Shown in pieces: positions 10,449 to 21,690 of a DNA stretch of 64,000 bases (position 1 is the stretch's first letter; every line of letters begins with the position of its first letter). The DNA is from an uncultured Chlamydiae bacterium. Its GTDB lineage: Bacteria > Chlamydiota > Chlamydiia > Chlamydiales > Parachlamydiaceae. Made by a program: the position numbers and the translations under genes. Below the pieces are notes generated by a model that ran no database searches, was not told the origin of the DNA, and worked only from the letters and a program-made list of their open reading frames with translations. The stretch lies in the NCBI GenBank assembly GCA_963754655.1, contig CAVWGN010000001.1:2464001-2528000 (forward strand). The letters are read 5' to 3'.

Positions 10449-11645
10449 TTAAATCTGTAAACAAACTAACTCTTCTTGGATTCCTCCTGTAATGCGCATA
10501 TGACCTGCTAGATCTAAATAAATATCATATTCCAACCGCACGCCAAATTCATAAGGTAAATAAATGCCAGGCTCAACTGAAAAGCATGTCCCAGGCAAAA
10601 GTTGCCGATAGTCATGAGTTTCCAAATTATCCAAATTGGCTCCTGGACCATGAACTTCTTCGCCAATATTATGCCCTGTACGATGAATAAAGTAGTCTCC
10701 AAAACCTGCCTCTTGGATCACATTCCGGCAAGCTTGGTCAACTTGCCATCCTTCTAAAGGTCGCTGATTTTCATAATGTTCTTTAATCATTAAGGTTGCG
10801 ACATCACGCGCATGCTTCACGATATTGAAAATCTCTTTTTGCTTTTGAGTAGGCCGCTCAGCAGCAACTCCCACGCGCGTAATGTCGGCATAAACAGCCT
10901 GAGGAACTTTTTGTTTACACCACAAATCAAGTAAAATAAAATCCCCGACTAAAATCGGCAAAGCCTGCTCGGGCGCAGGGTGATAATGAGGATCTGCTGA
11001 GTGTGCATTAATTGCACAAGTTGGCCAGTTCGCCGTGTGGCATCCTTCTTCATCCATCGCACGCAGCATAAACTGCTGCACTTTGTATTCATCAAGAGGA
11101 TCACGCAGCTGTAAGGAACGTTCAATAAAAGCCCAAGTCCGGTCTACAATGGTTTCGAGCACTTGGGCAGCGGCTAAATGGCTTTGCAATTGCTTGGGAG
11201 TCCACACACTGGTGTAGCGCTGCAAAATATTGGCTGAGCTGACAACCTGAGACTTTGCCTTTCGAATAAGATCCAGTGTGCCTGCATCAACTTTTGAAAC
11301 ATTGGGCAGTGCATTGTATGGAGAATATTCCATTGCAATTTTACGATTTTCTACTGCAATTGAAAAAAGGAGATGCTCTAAATCTTGCCAACTCCGATAG
11401 GTCCACTTGAGCCCAGGCAAGTGATCTAAGGTGTAAGGCTCAATTAAGGGAACAATTTTGATAGGATCCCCTTTTTGCGGAATCCAATAAAAAAATCGGC
11501 GCGTCACCATAATATCAGGAGGAATTTCTAAAAAAGTATAAGCAAGAGAATTAGAGCAACGATAATCATATAACAGCCAGCCATCTATTTCTTGATCCAT
11601 TAAACTCGCTTTAACTTCTCGAAGCTTGGATTCAAAACTCATCAC
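10449..11645 (-). CDS. Xaa-Pro peptidase (M24 family)
   Basis: HRTGH, SVEPGIY, GVRLE and ADITR motifs. Confidence 0.9.
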   Translation of the reverse strand: MMSFESKLREVKASLMDQEIDGWLLYDYRCSNSLAYTFLEIPPDIMVTRRFFYWIPQKGDPIKIVPLIEPYTLDHLPGLKWTYRSWQDLEHLLFSIAVENRKIAMEYSPYNALPNVSKVDAGTLDLIRKAKSQVVSSANILQRYTSVWTPKQLQSHLAAAQVLETIVDRTWAFIERSLQLRDPLDEYKVQQFMLRAMDEEGCHTANWPTCAINAHSADPHYHPAPEQALPILVGDFILLDLWCKQKVPQAVYADITRVGVAAERPTQKQKEIFNIVKHARDVATLMIKEHYENQRPLEGWQVDQACRNVIQEAGFGDYFIHRTGHNIGEEVHGPGANLDNLETHDYRQLLPGTCFSVEPGIYLPYEFGVRLEYDIYLDLAGHMRITGGIQEELVCLQI

Positions 11646-11663
11646 ATCATCCTTTTGATTGCA

Positions 11664-13397
11664 TTAATGGTTCAAACATTGAATAAGCGCCATAGCTGCA
11701 ATAAGGCGCAACGTTTGAGAATGTTCTTTAAATACTTTGAGCAGAAAGGGAATCGAGCGAATAGATCCAATTCTCCCGATTCCCTCTAGAATACGCGCTT
11801 TTTGTTCCCATTCACTATTAGGATATCCCTCTTCCAATGTTTGAATGGCACTTTCTTCCCGACTCCAGAGAGAAAGAATCAACGCCGCTTGCAACCGAAC
11901 ACGCGGTTGAGTATCCTGTAAAAGCTGCTGAACTATTTCAATAGCAGATTCATCCCCTTCCGTCAAAAGCAAAATTGCAGCAGTCGCTGAAATTTCCCAC
12001 GATCGTTCGCTCAAGTATTGACGAATGGCATGCTGAATATCCGGAGCTTTAAGGATAGCCAATAAATTTAACAATTCGAGACGAATGAGTTGATTTTCCA
12101 TTTCAGGTGTTGTCAACAGGTCATCTTCTTTCTTGGGAGATTGACTCATAATCGCACGGAAAAGGCCGACTTCCCATGTACTCCAGTTAGCTTTTTCGGT
12201 CATAAGGATTTGTCTGGTATAAGTGGCCGCTTCTTGGACTGCTTGGCGCTGTCCTAATAATGCAAGAGCCAAGTTCAAACGTACGTAGGGATCAGAATGA
12301 AGGCGAAATTGATCAAGTGTTAAAGTCATGCCATAACGCCCCGTTGCCCCTAGAGCTGCTGCTGCAAGAGCCCGCACCTCACGACGTCTATTATGAAGAA
12401 AACGTTCTAAAACTCGTTGCCCCTCCTCTGGGATGTAAAGAGTCAAGAGCCAAGCAGCGGATAAAGCCACTTTGTAATTGAGATCTTGAGAACTTTGACG
12501 AATAAGGGCTAAAATCTTTTCCAGTTTTCCATTTGGCCGCAACTGACCAATGGCTTGAAAAGCCTCTAGGCGCACATCGGGATGAGGATCTTCTGCCAAG
12601 GACAATAATTGATCCAGGTCTCGCAGTGATTGAAAATAAGCAATTGCCTTGCAAGCAAGCTGACGCAATCCCGCTCGATTGCTAGAAGCTAGCCGCTCGA
12701 TTTCTGTGCGATTAATGGTATCAAGCAACTCTAACAAAGCAGCAATAGCCAAAGCTTTTTCAGCGGCAAGACTTTCATTAGAAGCAATGACAGTCTCTAG
12801 CTCGACTCGCAAGTTGATAATCTCCATCTTACCTATGGCTTTCAACACTTGCTGCCGCACAGCCCAAACTTTTTCTTCCCTAAATAAGCGTTTAACCCCC
12901 TCAACTAATTGGTGATCACGAAAATGGCTAGCGAGCTTGACAGCAACAGTACGGACGGCATAATTAGAATCGCGCATGCCTTGATTTAAAATCGCAACGC
13001 CTTTAGCATCTTGACTGAAAAATGCTGCTAAAAGAGCCATCTCCCGCATAATAATAGAAGAAGAATGAGAAGCCTTCTGAAGAACACCCCAAGCCATCTC
13101 TTCGATTAGCTCACGATTCATTGCTTTATCGGGAAAACGTTGCACATAATTTTCCCAAGCTTGCACAAGCTTTTTCTCATTTCCCCCTTTCGCCAAAGCC
13201 CGAATATAACCCTCATAAAGAGAAACACACTGAGGATAATGAGTAATCGCTTGTTGCGCCTCTTCAATGGCAACTGAATAATCACGTACAGTCAAATGCG
13301 CTTGAATGCGTCTCGCCACACGCTCCTCATCAGAAGCAGCCTGTAACCTTCCTACTCCCAAAACAATAAAAGTTAAAAAAAGAAATCGGACCCTCAT
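11664..13397 (-). CDS. HEAT-repeat protein with signal peptide
   Basis: Repeated D..P.VR..A...L helices; start MRVRF at 13397 avoids overlap with the upstream gene. Confidence 0.8.
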   Translation of the reverse strand: MRVRFLFLTFIVLGVGRLQAASDEERVARRIQAHLTVRDYSVAIEEAQQAITHYPQCVSLYEGYIRALAKGGNEKKLVQAWENYVQRFPDKAMNRELIEEMAWGVLQKASHSSSIIMREMALLAAFFSQDAKGVAILNQGMRDSNYAVRTVAVKLASHFRDHQLVEGVKRLFREEKVWAVRQQVLKAIGKMEIINLRVELETVIASNESLAAEKALAIAALLELLDTINRTEIERLASSNRAGLRQLACKAIAYFQSLRDLDQLLSLAEDPHPDVRLEAFQAIGQLRPNGKLEKILALIRQSSQDLNYKVALSAAWLLTLYIPEEGQRVLERFLHNRRREVRALAAAALGATGRYGMTLTLDQFRLHSDPYVRLNLALALLGQRQAVQEAATYTRQILMTEKANWSTWEVGLFRAIMSQSPKKEDDLLTTPEMENQLIRLELLNLLAILKAPDIQHAIRQYLSERSWEISATAAILLLTEGDESAIEIVQQLLQDTQPRVRLQAALILSLWSREESAIQTLEEGYPNSEWEQKARILEGIGRIGSIRSIPFLLKVFKEHSQTLRLIAAMALIQCLNH

Positions 13398-13401
13398 GGA
13401 T

Positions 13402-13986
13402 TCATATGCCGCAACGTGTTTTAATAAGATCGCTAATAAGTTTAAATTGCGCATGTTTAGAATCTTTGAGTAATTCAAATAAGATTGTTTCAACACAACT
13501 CACCCGTGCTCCAGCATCTCGCATTTCCGCAACAGCTGTTGAGAAATCTTCAACGGAGCGAGAAGTCATTGCATCGTTGAGAACAGCAACTTGTTTGCCT
13601 GCTTTTAACAATCCCTTTACAGTTTGCAGAACACAAATATGTGCTTCAATGCCCACAATGACCCATTGCTGATAGGGAAGAGAAATCGCACAATTAAAAA
13701 AAGCTGGATCATCTAAGCAAGAAAAACTCGATTTAATCCAGGGCTGATAAGCTTGTCCGAGTAAAGCCTGTAAAGGAGCAACTGTTTGTCCTAAACCTTG
13801 TGGATATTGTTCCGATTGAAGGATAGGCAAATTGAGAATTTGAAAACCTTTGATGAGCTTGCACAAGGTATGCAAGACGTCGGGACCTCGATTCATTGAC
13901 GGAAAAAGCTTATCTTGCATATCGACAATGAGTAAAACAGTTTGGAGAGGCTGCAAAGTAAATGAAGGCATGCAAATTTTATCCAA
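13402..13986 (-). CDS. Isochorismatase-family hydrolase
   Basis: VDMQ, EQYPQGLG, KSSFS and GIEAHICVLQT motifs. Confidence 0.9.
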   Translation of the reverse strand: MDKICMPSFTLQPLQTVLLIVDMQDKLFPSMNRGPDVLHTLCKLIKGFQILNLPILQSEQYPQGLGQTVAPLQALLGQAYQPWIKSSFSCLDDPAFFNCAISLPYQQWVIVGIEAHICVLQTVKGLLKAGKQVAVLNDAMTSRSVEDFSTAVAEMRDAGARVSCVETILFELLKDSKHAQFKLISDLIKTRCGI

Positions 13987-14314
13987 TATGGCCTAAACGT
14001 CTTCCACCAATCAAATGAAAATGCAAGTGAAAAATGACCTGCCCGGCATCCGATCCATTATTCGTTAATAAACGATATCCCTTTTCAACGCCCAATTCCT
14101 TAGCCAATTGTTTAGCAACCGCACAGATTTCACTCAATAGAGGAAGATCTTCTGAAGTAACGGACTGAAGATCAGGAATTTCTTTCTTTGGCATAATTAA
14201 GATATGGACTGGAGCAACAGGATAAAGGTCTTTAATGGCAAGGATGCGCTCATTCTCGAAGACTTTTTCTGCTGGCAGCTCTCCTTTGATAATTTTTCCA
14301 AAAACTGTTGTCAT
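13979..14314 (-). CDS. hinT: HIT-family nucleotide-binding protein
   Basis: HLHFH triad; likely start MTTVFGKII at 14314 with GGAG RBS. Confidence 0.9.
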   Translation of the reverse strand: MTTVFGKIIKGELPAEKVFENERILAIKDLYPVAPVHILIMPKKEIPDLQSVTSEDLPLLSEICAVAKQLAKELGVEKGYRLLTNNGSDAGQVIFHLHFHLIGGRRLGHIG

Positions 14315-15203
14315 TTTCTGTCTCCTCAGCATGTTTAAGTGTATATTCAAGAGCCTTAAAAGCATCTTCTCGTGTTTCCCAAACCGAAATAAAACGTCCT
14401 TTGTGGCAAAACACAGCCCCAGGAATGCCAGAGACTTTCTTTAAATCGTCGTTAAGCAACCCAGCCCATTGCTTGGGCTGTGGCAAACGCACCTTCATAC
14501 GATCTTGATAAGTTGGCGGAATTCCACGTAATTTCCAATGATTACCTGAAGGCATAATCACAAAAAGAGCAGGATGATCAGCCCCCTCAAGCTCAAAAAA
14601 GATTTCAAGCCAGGGAAGACTTTGATCAAAAATTAAACATTCCTGCGACTTTTCCATGCAATCAGATACAATTTGTCGGCAAGATTGCGTATATTGAAAT
14701 CGCTTCCATAAACGTTGAAGATGCTCAAAAGCAAACTTAAGAGCTTGATGAAAGGCCTGATTTTGTTCTTCAGCCGAGCAATCGTAACGAATGGGAGTAA
14801 AATTTGAAATGATATGAGAAAATGAACAATAGCCAGGCAGAAGGGGGTCCCTCCCATTATCATGAGCATCTACTCCCATTACCAAAGAGTGATTAAAAAA
14901 ATCATACTCATTGAATTTCAGAATGTTCATTGATTGAAGGTAGCGTAGAACCATTCCAGCACTACTTAAAGGCCCTTGATAATCGACTTGATGATGATCG
15001 AATAATTTCTGATCGGGATCATAAATTCCCCCAACATCGCAGACATATTCGCAACTTGCCAACGTATTTAAATCACGCGTGCGAATAATTTTGTCCTCAT
15101 CAATTAAATTAAAAAGCATGAGCAGCGCACATGCTGTAATCTCATCAGCATGAAAGGTCCCATCATGGGTGCCACAAGTGCGTAAAATTTTTTGCATATT
15201 CAT
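14250..15203 (-). CDS. MYG1-family protein
   Basis: THDGTFHADE, DVGG, FDHHQ and FCHKGRF motifs. Confidence 0.9.
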   Translation of the reverse strand: MNMQKILRTCGTHDGTFHADEITACALLMLFNLIDEDKIIRTRDLNTLASCEYVCDVGGIYDPDQKLFDHHQVDYQGPLSSAGMVLRYLQSMNILKFNEYDFFNHSLVMGVDAHDNGRDPLLPGYCSFSHIISNFTPIRYDCSAEEQNQAFHQALKFAFEHLQRLWKRFQYTQSCRQIVSDCMEKSQECLIFDQSLPWLEIFFELEGADHPALFVIMPSGNHWKLRGIPPTYQDRMKVRLPQPKQWAGLLNDDLKKVSGIPGAVFCHKGRFISVWETREDAFKALEYTLKHAEETENDNSFWKNYQRRAASRKSLRE

Positions 15204-15843
15204 GTCAATAAAGCGTTTATCCCCTTATGCATCTTCCGTTCAACTTGACTGGAAGGAGCATAAATCGTATAACCTAATAGTTTCAGGGCGAACTTTAAAA
15301 GTATAACGACTGCAAAAAACAAAATTAAAAGTCAATTATGACACAAAATTAATTTCAGAAAAAGATAAAATCTTTCCCAACTACTTTTTTGATTCATTTC
15401 AGAGCCTCTTATCAATTTTCACTTATCAACAATCTTGCCTTTGTCAAATAAAACTTTCTTAAAAAAAATTTCCTTTCAATACAAGGGAGTAAATATCATT
15501 CACTTTATTAATCTTCAGGCACTTAGTAAACTTATTTTTTTTTAAGCAGACTTTCCGTCCCTCTAATTTGAAGCCCTTGTCTCTTGCTCTCATTTCTCTA
15601 TAAACAACTTATTTTAAAAAAATCCACAATTTTGAGGGTTTATTGTTAAAGAAATCTAAAATTAGGCATAAAAAAGGCATACTTATTAAGAAAGAAAAAG
15701 AAGAGATAGAGAGAGAACTTCATTTTTTTGAATCAAGATTTCTATTGCAAATATAGGCGCAAAGGTTTCATCTTAAAGTTCTAAGAACAAAGGAAGAGGT
15801 TTTTAGCAAGTGGACTATCTGAAGGGAACGACCTCCTATTTTT

Positions 15844-17973
15844 ATGAGAATGCAAATGGAAGATTTTTTAGACCCGCATCAATACGATTTAGCAACACCT
15901 GATGGTTCTATTACAGATCTAAGTTATCTTAATGAACGTACAGCTCAAGCGACTATTTTCATTCAAAATATTTCTTCCAAATTTGTTGGATTCCAAATTG
16001 ATGTACAATCCATTTTTTTTAATATTAAAAGCACACTTGCTCAGCTCGGGATCACGGGAAAAGGCTTAGCCTATGAACTTGACTTAAAAAATCAATGCGC
16101 ACAGGTGCAAGTGCAGCTTGAAGCATTGGGACCTATTGCGATTGAGATGTTAAAGCTTTTACAAGTGGGCTCTGCCATTGGCAAACTATTTGCCGCTGAT
16201 GAGCGACGGAGAGTGCGCGATCCTGATTATATTGCCCGTATGTTTGGACGTTCGGACCGTTGGGGCAAGCCTCTTCTTTCTTTAGGGGGTCTACACGGAA
16301 GCAATGATTTAATTTTAGATCGGGTAGATGGCCGAGCAATTGCTTTTTTGACATTGCAAAATGGAAGAATTGATTACGATGCTTCAATTTATGGCTTTCT
16401 TCCTACTCTTGCTAAAGCACTAGTAGCGAATACAAAGATGCGCGATATTTTGCGGTTGCATCAAGAGTGGAAACCTCTCGTTCCACGCAATGTCAATGAA
16501 AATGAAATTCTTCTAGTCCGTACGCTACCTTTGCATATTCGCACAGTTTTTGCCCGCGTCGTGAATGAATTGCTTTCGCCGGGTTATTATCACACCACGG
16601 CCTCTATTTTGCAGCCTGATACTTGTGCTTCTGGAGATATCTATGAGCTTTTTGGTAAAAGCAAACGCGAAATTACAGACATTCCTTTAGAATTTTACAC
16701 CTTAGAACCTTATCGCGAATATGTTTTCTTTTCAGATCGAGATCAACTTCAAACCTGCCTTGAAGATAGCAAGGTACTTTTCGATGCTTTTGAGACCGCA
16801 CCAAAACCATTGGACCATCGAGCAGCGGTCTATATTGTAAAGGCGCACCAGCTCAAAAATCTGACGCCTGAGGACTGGATTGTGCGTGAACCACGTCTGC
16901 ATGAATTCCCAGGCCTTCTTCACAGCACGCGACAGGCCTTAATGGTAGAACGCTATATTGAACAGCAACCTTCATATCCCTTTTTAAAGAACATTGATAA
17001 TGGAACTATTACGAGTCAGGGAATTCTATTAACTCGTTATTTTCCCTCGCCTTTGATGAAACGTATGCTTTTGAGCGATCAAGTACAAAGATGTCTGAAA
17101 GGAATCTATTTTCTTTACCCTTCCTTTTCCAATCTTAACTTCTTTTCATCCGAGGATCGAGCACTCTTGCACGACTTAGACAAATTCGCTATTCCGGTTT
17201 ATTGGGTTGATAAGGCAAGTGAACAAATTTTGCAATATGCACAAAAACCCGAACGAGACTCGGGGCTTTTTGTTCCTGTTCATAACGTGGAAACTTTTCT
17301 AAAATCTACGGTTTTTGGCATTTACGGTTCTAATCTAATGGCTGGCCAATTTGAAAAGCAATTGCGGACGCTTTTTCAAGGGATTTTAGACATGCGTTCT
17401 CAAAGCCATCATCCTCTTCTTAATAAGAATACTCCCCTTTCTCTTGTAACGGGAGGAGGTCCCGGGGCGATGGAAATTGGCAATCAAGTGGCAAAAGAGC
17501 TGCATATTCTTTCCTGTGCAAACATTGTTGACTTCCGTGCCAAGGAGGGGGACCCAGTCATCAATGAACAATTGCAAAATCCTTATATCGAAGCTAAAAT
17601 GACCTATCGTTTGGATAAACTTGTCGAACGCCAAGCAGAGTTTAATTTAGATTTCCCCATTTTTCTGACTGGGGGAATTGGAACTGACTTTGAGTATGCT
17701 TTAGAAGAAGTGAGACGCAAAGTGGGATCGGTCATGATTACTCCCATTTTACTTTTTGGCGATGTCGCTTATTGGAAAGAAAAAATCACTAGCCGTTTCG
17801 AATGCAATTTGAGGACCGGAACAATTAAAGGATCAGAATGGGTAAGCAATTGTTTCTTTTGTATTCAGACGGCTGAACAAGGCCTTAAAGTTTACCGTGA
17901 ATATTTCCAAGGAACATTACCCATTGGAAAGAGTGGTCCGATCTACGAAGAGGGATTTGTTCAGGTGACTTAA
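15844..17973 (+). CDS. Large protein with C-terminal LOG-like domain
   Basis: TGGGPGAME and GGIGTDFE motifs in the last ~180 aa. Confidence 0.7.
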   Translation: MRMQMEDFLDPHQYDLATPDGSITDLSYLNERTAQATIFIQNISSKFVGFQIDVQSIFFNIKSTLAQLGITGKGLAYELDLKNQCAQVQVQLEALGPIAIEMLKLLQVGSAIGKLFAADERRRVRDPDYIARMFGRSDRWGKPLLSLGGLHGSNDLILDRVDGRAIAFLTLQNGRIDYDASIYGFLPTLAKALVANTKMRDILRLHQEWKPLVPRNVNENEILLVRTLPLHIRTVFARVVNELLSPGYYHTTASILQPDTCASGDIYELFGKSKREITDIPLEFYTLEPYREYVFFSDRDQLQTCLEDSKVLFDAFETAPKPLDHRAAVYIVKAHQLKNLTPEDWIVREPRLHEFPGLLHSTRQALMVERYIEQQPSYPFLKNIDNGTITSQGILLTRYFPSPLMKRMLLSDQVQRCLKGIYFLYPSFSNLNFFSSEDRALLHDLDKFAIPVYWVDKASEQILQYAQKPERDSGLFVPVHNVETFLKSTVFGIYGSNLMAGQFEKQLRTLFQGILDMRSQSHHPLLNKNTPLSLVTGGGPGAMEIGNQVAKELHILSCANIVDFRAKEGDPVINEQLQNPYIEAKMTYRLDKLVERQAEFNLDFPIFLTGGIGTDFEYALEEVRRKVGSVMITPILLFGDVAYWKEKITSRFECNLRTGTIKGSEWVSNCFFCIQTAEQGLKVYREYFQGTLPIGKSGPIYEEGFVQVT

Positions 17974-18012
17974 ATCAACCCAATCTTTCTGGGAAGAGCC
18001 ACCGTGAACTGC

Positions 18013-19709
18013 ATCTAGTACTCAACCACACTAGTTTTGTGTATTTAGACTGCTTCAAAGCCCCAGGGTAGGGTGTTCATTTTGTGCAAAAAATGAGCTT
18101 TATTTTTCACAATAATTGGCATAGTTAAATTGAAGGTCGCATGTTTATGCCGTCCTTTCAGGACTCGATGTCTTGTTGATAGAACCCAGGCCTCCGCTTC
18201 GCTGCGACCTGGGCTGTAACATGACGGCCCTTCAGGCCTTAACAAAAAGACGATTTCGGGGCTATAAAAGAGGGACTTAAACATCTCTTGTTAAGGCCTG
18301 AAGGGCCGTCATGATAGAACCCAGGCCTCCGCTTCGCTGCGACCTGGGCTGTAACATGACGGCCCTTCAGGCCTTAACAAAAAGATGATTTAAGGGCTAT
18401 AAAAGAGGGACTTAAACATCTCTTGTTAAGGCCTGAAGGGCCGTCATGTTACAGCCCAGGGCGTGTTTGAAAAACATTACCAATGTGTGATATAAATTAT
18501 AATAAACGCAATTATAACCACTCCTCTAAATATTTTTCCTAACTTATCGTAACGAGTAGCAATTCGTCTAAAAGTTTTTAGTTTTTGGAAAAAATTCTCC
18601 ACAACCTTTCTTTTTTTATACAAACGCTTGCTATAGGGAATTTCATCAGTTCTCTTTGGGTGACTTGGAATGACAGCTCGTTCCTTTCTTTTCATTAAAT
18701 AGTATCTAATTTCATCTGTATCATAAGCTAGATCTGCTATAACATTTTTTGCTCGTTTCCCATTTAATAGAGATTTAGCAAATAAATTATCATTTCTATT
18801 TCCAGGAGCAATTTTTACTTTTAATGGTTGCCCTTCAGCATTAACTACAACATGAATTCTTGTTGACCAACCACCTTGTGTCTTTCCAATTCCATTAAAT
18901 GTTTTTCCTCCAAAACCTCCCATTGCATTTTGATGTACTTTAACACTTGTAGAATCAATAATATGTGATTCGTGGGATGCATTTTTTTTTCAAAACACTC
19001 CAAATTTTTGACCAAGTTCCATTTAAGGTCCAGTTATGCATTCTTGAATAGATCGTTTGCCAGTGGCCAAATTCAGGGGGCATATCTCTCCAAGGAGCTC
19101 CCGTTCTTATAGACCATAAAATCCCTTCTATTACCAACCGATCATTTTTTCTAGGTCTTCCCTGTTTACCTGTTTGCGAAGGTAATAATGGACTTAGCTT
19201 CTCCCAGTCCTTATCTTTTAAAAACATTCTAGTCATAAACACCTCCTATGGGTCCCTACAACTATTATTATATCATAAATAATCTTTTTAAAACACGCCC
19301 CAGGTCGCAGCGAAGCGGAGGCCTGGGTTCTATCATGACGGCCCTTCAGGCCTTAACAAGAGATGTTTAAGTCCCTCTTTTATAGCCCCGAAATCGTCTT
19401 TTTGTTAAGGCCTGAAGGGCCGTCATGTTACAGCCCAGGTCGCAGCGAAGCGGAGGCCTGGGTTCTATCAAAAAGACATCGAGTCCTGAAAGGACGGCAT
19501 AAACATGCGACCTTCAATTCAACTATGCCAATTATTGTGAAAAATAAAGCTCATTTTTTGCACAAAATGAACACCCTAACCCAGACGATGCCCTGGGTTA
19601 GATTAGCCCTCATCATGTAGTCTGAAGGACTACATGAGAATCATCTCACCCCAACTCGGGCTTTGAAGCAGTCCAAATAAGCAAAATTAATGTGGTTGAG
19701 TAATAGATA
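18013..19709. repeat. Nested giant palindrome (REP/MITE composite) interrupted by an IS5
   Basis: Outer imperfect IR ~18013-18063/19659-19709; inner TA-flanked element GGGTGTTCATTTTGTGC...GCACAAAATGAACACCC 18071-19576; 135-bp tandem duplication starting at 18178 and 18313. Confidence 0.9.
18460..19299 (-). mobile_element. IS5-family element with split transposase (ORFs 18955-19242 and 18477-~18990)
   Basis: TIR GGCGTGTTT...AAACACGCC; CCAG duplicated on both sides; A9 run joins the frames, restoring IDST; DLAYD and RRIATRYDK motifs. Confidence 0.9.
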
Positions 19710-19710
19710 C

Positions 19711-19755
19711 GTTAAGCTAAGAGAGGTTCCCCGGAGGGAGGACCTCTCTTAGCTT
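19711..19755. terminator. Hairpin at the msbA 3' end
   Basis: TAAGCTAAGAGAGGT...ACCTCTCTTAGCTTA inverted repeat. Confidence 0.5.
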
Positions 19756-21689
19756 ATATTGATAGGGTCTTCTTGAGCAAGATGCGGATGATGCAACATT
19801 TCCCACATACGTCGAAAACCGGGACAATTTTTCAATAGCTCTTCTTTAGTTCCTTCTGCAATTTTTTCTCCCTTTTCCAAGTAGATGATTTTATCTGCAT
19901 CTTCAATGGTAGATAGGCGATGAGCAATAATAATTTGAGTGACTTTGCCATGCAATTCTCCTAATGCACGCTTAATATGATTTTCGCTAATTGCATCTAG
20001 TGACGAAGTGGCCTCATCCAAAATTAAAATAGGTGCTTTTTTCACAAGAGCTCGTGCAATAGCTAGACGTTGTTGTTGACCACCCGATAAATTTTTACCT
20101 GTTTCAAGCAAAACCGTCTGATATCCCTGAGGAAGATACTGGATGAATTCATCTGCATGTGATTGACGAGCCGCCTGTTGAATCTCTTCCAAAGAAAAGG
20201 AACGACCGAAGGCGATATTTTCTGAGATTGTATCTAAAAATAAAAATGGCTTTTGAGGGACAAAGGCAATATTTTCGCGTAGCGACTTTTGGGTATAAGA
20301 TTGCAATGGATATCCATCAATACGAATTTCTCCTTGTTGAACATCATAAAGGCGCGGCAGTAATTGGACAATGGTCGACTTGCCTGATCCAGTAGGACCT
20401 ACAATAGCCACCTTTTCCCCTCGACGCACCTTAAAACTGATTCCTCTTAAAACCCACTGGCTTTGATAGCGAAACCACACATTTTCAAATTCAATCGCAT
20501 CATGAAAGTTTTGAAGTGTCAGAGCTTCACTGCTATCTTTAATATCAGGTTGTAGATAAAGAACTTCTTGCATCCGTTCAGCAGCTGCAATCCCGCGCTG
20601 AATATGTGTATTCTCCTCCGCAAATTTTTTGATCGGTTCATAAAAGACATAAAGAAGCCCACAATAGACCAAAACTTCTGAGACATTCATTTGAAGAATA
20701 TAGAGTCCATACAAAAGAGCTGTTGCTAAGAAAAACATGCCGATTGTATGGACAATGGGGCGTGATGATAAATCATAGCGAGCACTTTTTTGTTCTAATG
20801 TCGCCATCTTATTATTTTGTTCACGATATTTTTTTAAAGAAAAGTCTTCCATGGCAAACACTTTGACAGTTTGAATTCCAGCTAGAAAATCAATAAGCAC
20901 AGAAGCAAATGTTTCCTGATTTTTTTGGATTTGCTTAGAAATACGCTTGACGCGACGCGCTAAGAAAATAATGGGACCAATAATGAGAGGAAAGCCCAAA
21001 AAAATGATTAAAGACAGGCGCCATGAAGTGTAAAAACATAAGGTTAAAGTCGAAATGACTGTAAAAGGAGTTTGCAGGTAATTAACTAAGCAAGCATTGA
21101 GTGCTTCAGCCACCAAAGCAGCATCTCCTACCACCCGGGATGAAAGAGTGCCCATATTATACTGGTGATAAAATTCCATGGGCAAAGCTTGAATATGTTC
21201 AAAATAGGCCTGGCGCAAATCTCGGCTGATCCGAATTGCTACAAGCCGTGAGGAAAAACGCTGACAAAACAAAGAAATCGCTTTAAAGAAAGCCACGATG
21301 ACAATAAATAAAGCTAAGGCTTGTAAACTAGTCCCAATGGGAATCCAATAATCCACTATATGAATCACTTTTTCAACAAGATCCGCCCCTTTATACTGCG
21401 TCAAAAATCGCCCTGTCTCTTCCCTTGTGACTTTGCCTTGCTGTTGTTGATCTATTTCTTGCCAACGTGTTTGGACATCACTCCAACTCACCTCTTGATT
21501 TTTTTGTAATTTCCCGTCTTGAATAGGAGCAAATAATTCAAAAAAATCAGGTCCCTTGCGCGTCATAATTCCTAGCGCGACGACTTCAAGCTGAGAAGCA
21601 AGCGTAAGAAGAATCATAGCAATAATGGAAAAAACAATGAGAAGTTGATTTTGCCGCGCTAAAAGAGCGGTTTGAAGTAAGCGTCGCAT
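19749..21689 (-). CDS. msbA: ABC exporter, MsbA-like
   Basis: TM domain plus GPTGSGKS, LSGGQ and LDEATS; follows accA as in chlamydiae. Confidence 0.8.
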   Translation of the reverse strand: MRRLLQTALLARQNQLLIVFSIIAMILLTLASQLEVVALGIMTRKGPDFFELFAPIQDGKLQKNQEVSWSDVQTRWQEIDQQQQGKVTREETGRFLTQYKGADLVEKVIHIVDYWIPIGTSLQALALFIVIVAFFKAISLFCQRFSSRLVAIRISRDLRQAYFEHIQALPMEFYHQYNMGTLSSRVVGDAALVAEALNACLVNYLQTPFTVISTLTLCFYTSWRLSLIIFLGFPLIIGPIIFLARRVKRISKQIQKNQETFASVLIDFLAGIQTVKVFAMEDFSLKKYREQNNKMATLEQKSARYDLSSRPIVHTIGMFFLATALLYGLYILQMNVSEVLVYCGLLYVFYEPIKKFAEENTHIQRGIAAAERMQEVLYLQPDIKDSSEALTLQNFHDAIEFENVWFRYQSQWVLRGISFKVRRGEKVAIVGPTGSGKSTIVQLLPRLYDVQQGEIRIDGYPLQSYTQKSLRENIAFVPQKPFLFLDTISENIAFGRSFSLEEIQQAARQSHADEFIQYLPQGYQTVLLETGKNLSGGQQQRLAIARALVKKAPILILDEATSSLDAISENHIKRALGELHGKVTQIIIAHRLSTIEDADKIIYLEKGEKIAEGTKEELLKNCPGFRRMWEMLHHPHLAQEDPINIS

Positions 21690-21690
21690 T

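Noticed and set aside
14250..14314. 65-bp MYG1/HIT overlap as a special feature
   Set aside because: Could be a simple stop-codon loss or an indel error; cannot be resolved from this sequence
15204..15843. Possible ncRNA in the long intergenic region
   Set aside because: Only a weak hairpin near 15222-15262; no recognisable RNA family motif
18477..19242. IS5 transposases (here and at 40024-40774) as pseudogenes
   Set aside because: Split ORFs joined at A-runs are normal programmed frameshifting in IS5 subgroups
18045..19620. Repeated small ORFs (LLRPEGPSCYSPGRSEAEAW; also 38922-39179)
   Set aside because: Translations of the palindromic repeat, with variable starts and ends
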